Shown: piece after piece, positions 59,919-64,000 of the stretch | Position numbering within the stretch: the first letter of the stretch is position 1 | Layout of the letters: every line of letters begins with the position of its first letter | Virus record (IMG/VR): IMGVR_UViG_3300021387_000090 | Coordinates: 32,001-96,000 of that record | Reading direction: 5' to 3' (one strand) | Origin: a virus | Taxonomy: Duplodnaviria > Caudoviricetes | DNA length: 64,000 nucleotides | Made by a program: the position numbers and the translations under genes | The notes under the pieces: model-generated | The model's input: only the letters and a program-made list of their open reading frames with translations | What the model was told of the DNA's origin: nothing | Database searches by the model: none

Positions 59919-60803
59919 TTAAAATCCCAGATCAAGAGTTCTTCCACGACTAGCGCCACTAGGTTTTGCAGTTTTCTTCGCAGTAGCATTAGCCTGTTCT
60001 TTCTGGCTCTCAATGCGATTTTTTCTTTCCTGAATACAAGCTTTGATTACTTCAGCGTCATAAGGCTTTTCAGGCGTTACACCTTCTTCATAAGGTTCAC
60101 TGGCACCAGTAATAATAAGTTCATTCTTGTAACTAGTTCTGGTTTCAACCTTCGGCTTACCAATAGCTACAGGAATTTCAATAGTCTTAACAACACGATT
60201 GTTTACAACATCACCGAAAAATCTTACAGTCTGTCCTGCTTCAAATGTAGATTCAACAGCATCCGCAACCTCTGTATCTGCAACCAGAGTAAGAGGCTCA
60301 ATACCATTCTCATACATAGGAACCCAACCCTTAACCAAAATTCTTCCAGTTTCTTCACCATCAGTGGTCATTTCTGGAGTCATCTGAGAGATAAACATTT
60401 CTACATCAAATGTCGCATGATAATTGGCATCTGCAGGATTGGCAATTCTATTAAAGAAATTAGACTTATACGATACAATATCATTTCCGCTCTGTACGCT
60501 ATGATACAAATTCAGATCACCAATGGTACGAACAATATCTGCATCAGCTTCACCAACGGCAGCAATTGACTTATATTCATTCATCACAGTTTTAATTCCA
60601 GGATAGGCACGATTATCTGTATTCACTTTTGTCTTTTCTCGAATATTAATTGGGAACTGAATGAAATTTACGTCTGATGTCTTCAGAGTCAATTTACCTG
60701 AAATCATGTTCACTCCATCTTTCATCTCTTCTTTCAGATCCATATCCGAAAGGATACCTTCAACACTCACTTTTGCAATTGCCTGTCTAATATTTGTTTC
60801 CAT
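59919..60803 (-). CDS. Putative single-stranded DNA-binding protein
   Basis: Two OB-fold-like halves; position next to the Sak4-like gene; aromatic C-terminus (LDLGF). Confidence 0.55.
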   Translation of the reverse strand: METNIRQAIAKVSVEGILSDMDLKEEMKDGVNMISGKLTLKTSDVNFIQFPINIREKTKVNTDNRAYPGIKTVMNEYKSIAAVGEADADIVRTIGDLNLYHSVQSGNDIVSYKSNFFNRIANPADANYHATFDVEMFISQMTPEMTTDGEETGRILVKGWVPMYENGIEPLTLVADTEVADAVESTFEAGQTVRFFGDVVNNRVVKTIEIPVAIGKPKVETRTSYKNELIITGASEPYEEGVTPEKPYDAEVIKACIQERKNRIESQKEQANATAKKTAKPSGASRGRTLDLGF

Positions 60804-60840
60804 TCTTTAAAAACTCCTTTTTCTATGTATTTTCTAATCT

Positions 60841-61041
60841 TTAAAACCAACGAGTGTCTTTATTTATATCGAGGCTGGGATCCTCGTTATATTCTACAAT
60901 AATTATTTCATTGCATTCTGGACATTGACATAATTTAGTTGAATAGCCATATCCATTTTCATCCCACCATTGAGGTACTTCTTTTAAAATTATTTTTGTC
61001 TTACAACTTCGACATATTCGGACTCCTTGATCGCTTTTCAT
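60841..61041 (-). CDS. Small zinc-ribbon protein
   Basis: CRSC...CPEC. Confidence 0.7.
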   Translation of the reverse strand: MKSDQGVRICRSCKTKIILKEVPQWWDENGYGYSTKLCQCPECNEIIIVEYNEDPSLDINKDTRWF

Positions 61042-61083
61042 TCTCCATTATAAATCTCCTTTCTTAAGTTAGTCATGACATAA

Positions 61084-61158
61084 TACCCAGAATCGGATTT
61101 GAACCGATAAGCACGATATTTTGAGTATCGCAGGTCTGCCAGTTGCCGTCATCTGGGC
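61084..61158 (-). tRNA. tRNA-Leu(CAA) with short variable loop
   Basis: GCCCAGA/TCTGGGT acceptor, Leu-type D loop, CGATA-CTCAAAA-TATCG anticodon arm, 5-nt variable loop, ATCGG-TTCAAAT-CCGAT T arm. Confidence 0.85.
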
Positions 61159-61162
61159 AGGT

Positions 61163-61263
61163 GAGAAATAGAAATAAGGCCGTGTTAAAAAGGTATTGTT
61201 AGCGCTCCAATCGGGGTCGATTAAATGGTAAACCCGTTTCCCCATACCTCATCTCTATTTCTC
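61163..61263 (-). ncRNA. Unknown RNA closed by a 17-bp stem
   Basis: GAGAAATAGAGATGAGG pairs with CCTTATTTCTATTTCTC; two G-U pairs work only on the minus strand. Confidence 0.55.
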
Positions 61264-61279
61264 TTTGGTAGCTAACCAG

Positions 61280-61418
61280 TCGGAGTGATAGGATTCGAAC
61301 CTATAACACACAGTTCCTTGTTCCTATGAAGTAAGTGTTATACTGCTTCATTTTACATGAGAATAATAATAACACTCAAATATATTATACTGTTGCTCTA
61401 CCGTTAAGCTACACTCCG
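61280..61418 (-). ncRNA. tRNA-Pro-like scaffold with a 74-nt insert in place of the anticodon loop
   Basis: CGGAGTG/CACTCCG-A acceptor, intact D and T arms; ACAGT/ACTGT stem encloses 61315-61388. Confidence 0.8.
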
Positions 61419-61576
61419 TGGTGAGGTTAAAGTCCCTCAACTACACATATTACCAAGTTGGCCTATTGTCTTACATCCCTGTTCACCATTAATGTACATT
61501 AAAATATTCTATGACTACTAACGAAGCAAGTTTTTCAATACTGCGGATGGTATTCATTTGTTCTCGACCGCTATCA

Positions 61577-61649
61577 TCGGAATAGAGAGACTTGAACTCT
61601 CGCCTCATCGGTTAAAAGCCGATTACTCTACCAACTGAGTTATATTCCG
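61577..61649 (-). tRNA. tRNA-Lys(TTT)
   Basis: Full cloverleaf; ATCGG-CTTTTAA-CCGAT anticodon arm. Confidence 0.93.
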
Positions 61650-61658
61650 AAAATAAAT

Positions 61659-61681
61659 TATGGGTAAGGATTTGTACCTTA
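61659..61681 (-). other. Orphan T-arm plus acceptor 3' fragment
   Basis: TAAGG-TACAAAT-CCTTA-CCCATA; 19 of 20 nt identical to the T arm at 62192-62211. Confidence 0.6.
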
Positions 61682-61685
61682 TTAT

Positions 61686-61997
61686 TCATCCAGACTTATC
61701 TGTAAGTTCAAAAAATTTATAACCATGATACAAAAAATAAATATAATCCCAATTCGTATCATAATTATCATTACCGCACCAGTCTTCTCTGTTAATTTCT
61801 ATATCCAAAATTTTCGCAAGTTTTTCAAGATTAGTTATCTGAATTGCTTTTTCGTGAAATGTGTCAGCAACTGTAATTGATTCAAAGGATTTTCTTCTCA
61901 TTTTTTCGGCTTTAATCTGCATATTCAACCATTTATATGCGTTGTCCATTTCTCTCATTTTCATTCTTTCTCCAAATAATTTTTTGGTTAAACTCAT
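61686..61997 (-). CDS. Hypothetical protein inside the RNA island
   Basis: 103-aa ORF on the same strand as the island; no strong RBS seen. Confidence 0.55.
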   Translation of the reverse strand: MSLTKKLFGERMKMREMDNAYKWLNMQIKAEKMRRKSFESITVADTFHEKAIQITNLEKLAKILDIEINREDWCGNDNYDTNWDYIYFLYHGYKFFELTDKSG

Positions 61998-62105
61998 AAT
62001 AAATACAGGAATGAACTAACATTTGCAGTCTTCGCTAACATACCAGTCAATGTGTACTCATGAGGGGCATACCATTTTCCACTTGAGGCCCATATTCACT
62101 TATAT

Positions 62106-62182
62106 ACCGCACCGAAAGTTATCTACGGCTTTTACACTCGTAACTTTAATCCGTCGATTGTGCCCACGGCCATCCGTGCGGT
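62106..62182 (-). ncRNA. Unknown three-way-junction RNA
   Basis: Stems ACCGCAC/GTGCGGT, CCGT/ACGG and AAAGTTA/TAACTTT. Confidence 0.55.
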
Positions 62183-62185
62183 TTA

Positions 62186-62283
62186 TTATGCGGGTAAGGA
62201 TTTGCACCTTACATGAGCAAGTTATTTACCGTAATTTCACATGCTCTTACGGACTATGTGTCTATCTATTCCACCACCGCATA
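62186..62283 (-). ncRNA. tRNA-like scaffold carrying an H-type pseudoknot instead of an anticodon arm
   Basis: TATGCGG/CCGCATA acceptor, Leu-type D arm, GTAAGG-TGCAAAT-CCTTAC T arm; insert pairs CCGTAA/TTACGG and GAGCA/TGCTC. Confidence 0.75.
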
Positions 62284-62285
62284 AC

Positions 62286-62333
62286 GTAGTCTTTCCTACT
62301 GTCAGATCCCTCCACTTTGCACAAGTGAAGATC
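62286..62333 (-). ncRNA. Hairpin plus TGACA-GTAG-GAAAGA-CTAC, resembling the 3' end of c4 antisense RNAs
   Basis: Sequence seen directly; family resemblance recalled from the C4 consensus, not searched. Confidence 0.45.
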
Positions 62334-62532
62334 GGAACGACAGGAATCGAACCCGCAATCAAGTTATCAACTTGTAAGCCGTTTCAAACCTTTATTTTGA
62401 TACGAGGAATTAGTATCATTATCACGCTACCCTCGAATGGTTACAAGTCCTACGCTACCTTTTATAAGAACAAAGGGATGGTGATTAGCCAATTACATCT
62501 TCGTCCATGTCTTCCTATTCCATCACGTTCCG
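62332..62532 (-). ncRNA. tRNA-like scaffold with ~150-nt structured insert
   Basis: CGGAACG/CGTTCCG-A acceptor, ATGG-AATAGGAAGA-CAT D arm, GCGGG-TTCGATT-CCTGT T arm; insert 62357-62506. Confidence 0.75.
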
Positions 62533-62591
62533 AAGTGAGAGATGGGTAATTACATCCCTTATTGGTAGTCTCTCATTCAGTTTTCTACCAC

Positions 62592-62663
62592 AGCTGAAGG
62601 TGGGACTCGAACCCATGACCCTTCGCTTGCAAGGCGAATGTTCTCCCACTGAACTACAAGCCC
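62592..62663 (-). pseudogene. Chimeric tRNA-Ala(TGC) with largely unpaired acceptor stem
   Basis: D, anticodon (CTTGCAA) and T loops are normal, but 5' GGGCTTG does not form a proper stem with 3' CTTCAGC. Confidence 0.75.
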
Positions 62664-62668
62664 ATAAA

Positions 62669-62703
62669 AGTAGTTTTTTTATAGAAGATGCTACTAAACT
62701 TCT
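62669..62703 (-). ncRNA. preQ1-I riboswitch-like pseudoknot aptamer (variant)
   Basis: AGAAG-TTTAGTAGCAT-CTTCT-ATAAAAAAA-CTACT: 5-bp P1, A-rich L3, P2 AGTAG/CTACT. Confidence 0.55.
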
Positions 62704-62706
62704 TGT

Positions 62707-62770
62707 TATCCTTGTTGCACTACCTATAATTTTAAATGCCCAATGGACCATACCTCCATTCGATAGGATA
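62707..62770 (-). ncRNA. Unknown multibranch RNA
   Basis: TATCCT/AGGATA closing stem; AATGGA-GGTATGG-TCCATT hairpin. Confidence 0.4.
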
Positions 62771-62773
62771 AAA

Positions 62774-62847
62774 TACTTCTAAAAGGATTTGAACCTTTAT
62801 TTCTATTGATAAAATAGAAAGTCTAACCGAACTTAACTTATAGAAGT
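62774..62847 (-). tRNA. Atypical tRNA-Ile(TAT)-like gene
   Basis: ACTTCTA/TAGAAGT acceptor and normal T arm; loop TTTATCA gives anticodon TAT, but C37 and a 3-nt variable loop are non-canonical. Confidence 0.55.
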
Positions 62848-62854
62848 ACCAAAT

Positions 62855-62941
62855 AATAAAAATCTTACTCAACGCCTAGACATTATTAAGGGGTCTGCGT
62901 TGCCTTCTTCCTTATCCTCATCCACTCCTCAGATTTTTATT
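62855..62941 (-). ncRNA. RNA with an 11-bp closing stem and a single-stranded tract of four GGA motifs
   Basis: AATAAAAATCT/AGATTTTTATT encloses GAGGA-GTGGA-TGAGGA-TAAGGA and a CAACGC/GCGTTG hairpin. Confidence 0.5.
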
Positions 62942-63074
62942 AAATAAAATAATTAATTAATTAATTGAAGAGAAATCACACCTTTTTCTTCATATGGGGG
63001 TGTCTATTTAACATATAGATACGTTATCAGATATATCATTTCACTGATAAAAAGATTCACTTTGGGGAATCTAG

Positions 63075-63455
63075 TACGGGTAGTGGGACTTGAACCCACA
63101 CTCTCTTGCGAGAAACGGATTTTCTTACTACACTATGTCACCATAGCCATCTTAATGGATGTTGTAGTCTGGACTATGTTTTTACCATATCATTTCTGAC
63201 TTAGGTAGATGGTATATAGTCTCTACACATTTATAGATAGGGTTCGAGCGTCAATGATAACATGTTCATTCCGTCAGTCTCTCTTTTAAAAATAAACGAA
63301 CTAAAACGATTACTTCCCTATCTAATTTAGCTCGGCGTTCTCTTAGCCATTCACCGAATTAGCCATCTCCACTTATATCGTTTCCGATATAAGGCTCTCT
63401 TTTAATGTCTGCTAAGACGAAAGTCCGTTGCGTCTGCCTATTCCGCCATACCCGC
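63075..63455 (-). tRNA. tRNA-Leu(TAA) split by an intron: exons 63455..63421 and 63123..63075
   Basis: Joined exons give a canonical class II cloverleaf with ACGGA-CTT^AAAA-TCCGT and a long variable arm. Confidence 0.92.
63124..63420 (-). mobile_element. Group I intron (297 nt, no ORF) in the tRNA-Leu(TAA) anticodon
   Basis: Inserted after U34, ends in G; AATTCGGTGAA, GTAGAGACTA and CATAGTCC core elements; CTATG-GTGA-CATAG P9-like hairpin. Confidence 0.88.
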
Positions 63456-63541
63456 ATATTATTTACTGCCCCAACTCTTCCCAAAGACAGTATGTCATGC
63501 CCATGATCCACGACTTCCATTTCACTTCATTATATTTAACC

Positions 63542-63835
63542 TCAATCCTCTTTCCTTTTCATTAGCCACATTGTAGGCTTGACTTTCTGAAAACCACATT
63601 TCTCATAAACGTGGATCGCTCTACTGTTATCATCATTTACCCACAAGCAGTTAATGTCATAATCCTTAATAAACTTTTCAACAATCTCTGTCCCGTACCC
63701 TTTTCCTTGATAAGGCTCATAAATAGTCAGCCGTGACAACATCTTACCCTTAAGGTCAACTTCGGCTTCACCTATTTTTACGTCATCATCAAATAATTCA
63801 AATTCTTGATACAGTTCGTTCGTTTTATATCTCAT
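63542..63835 (-). CDS. GNAT-family acetyltransferase
   Basis: YQGKGYG (motif A), N.RAIHVYEKCGF (motif B). Confidence 0.88.
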   Translation of the reverse strand: MRYKTNELYQEFELFDDDVKIGEAEVDLKGKMLSRLTIYEPYQGKGYGTEIVEKFIKDYDINCLWVNDDNSRAIHVYEKCGFQKVKPTMWLMKRKED

Positions 63836-64000
63836 CGTCCCTCATCTCCCCCCGTATACGATGCAGGAAGTGGCATCCACGCAATTACATCTGCATTCAT
63901 GTACCAACTTTGACAATCACCATCACCATTCGTACATTCTTCGTACCAACCCTCTAAGCAATAGTAATCATCTAATTCTTCATTATATTCTTCACAACTA
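63832..64000 (-). CDS. DUF551-like protein, C-terminal fragment (runs off window)
   Basis: Open frame ending VIAWMPLPASY...; stop overlaps the GNAT ATG. Confidence 0.65.
   Translation of the reverse strand, partial: SCEEYNEELDDYYCLEGWYEECTNGDGDCQSWYMNADVIAWMPLPASYTGGDEGR

Noticed and set aside
59628-60569. 313-aa plus-strand ORF
   Set aside because: Antisense shadow of the Sak4-like and SSB-like genes, with no RBS or recognisable motifs. The same applies to the other short antisense ORFs in the track.
62332-62532. tmRNA or intron-containing tRNA
   Set aside because: No G3-U70 alanine identity pair, it has a full D stem, no tag ORF was recognised, and no group I P7 elements are present.
62536-62590. 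HDV-like (theta) or hammerhead ribozyme at a tRNA 3' end
   Set aside because: No P3/L3/P1.1 elements; CTGAATGAG is not followed by a hammerhead GAAA core.
62023-62782. ORF-track entries 62023..62289, 62241..62549, 62507..62782 and 62515..62751
   Set aside because: They overlap tRNA and tRNA-like structures and lack protein-like features; treated as spurious.
62800-62821. Micro-inverted Ile(GAT) anticodon loop (plus strand reads TTGATAA)
   Set aside because: Inverting the loop does not place GAT at positions 34-36 of a 7-nt loop.
1-64000. CRISPR array, rRNA, stop-codon recoding, inteins in DnaE/DnaB/NrdD
   Set aside because: No repeat-spacer array or rRNA seen; genes are intact in code 11 using all three stops; no suppressor anticodon; no intein splice motifs or length excess noticed.

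Overview
A 64 kb segment of a large, AT-rich, temperate tailed phage (standard code 11, strong AGGAGG ribosome-binding sites, sigmaA-type promoters, tRNAs without encoded CCA). These traits suggest a Clostridia/Lachnospiraceae-like host; this is inference. The + strand arm (1-29505) carries the tail, baseplate and receptor-binding module: three fibre/spike proteins ending in a peptidase-S74-type chaperone, a BspA-type LRR protein next to a GT2 glycosyltransferase, and a 2360-aa protein with a CotH-kinase-like core. Two holin-like genes and two SH3 endolysins follow. After a bidirectional terminator come a moron-like gene with a consensus promoter, an attP-like site carrying a tRNA 3' end, and a tyrosine integrase. 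The - strand arm (30224-64000) holds nucleotide metabolism and replication genes: dUTPase, NrdG, NrdD split by a group I intron with an HNH endonuclease, glutaredoxin, NDT-like, Nmad1-like and ThyX-like genes, RecD2, DnaE, radical SAM, RNA ligase, cysteine desulfurase, PD-(D/E)XK nuclease, primase, DnaB, a divergent PurA-like gene with a vWA partner, a Sak4-like ATPase and a putative SSB. The most unusual part is a ~2.4 kb RNA island (61084-63455). Here ordinary tRNAs alternate with three tRNA scaffolds whose anticodon region is replaced by structured cargo (about 45, 74 and 150 nt), a chimeric tRNA-Ala, a tRNA-Leu(UAA) with a group I intron, a preQ1-I-like aptamer with U at the specificity base, a GGA-repeat RNA and other self-closing folds. 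A second candidate novel system is a radical SAM gene paired with two otherwise unrelated proteins that share a 19-aa N-terminal motif (GVWETNSSSVHA) conserved at protein level. All structures were folded by eye and all family calls come from motif recognition; no searches were run.
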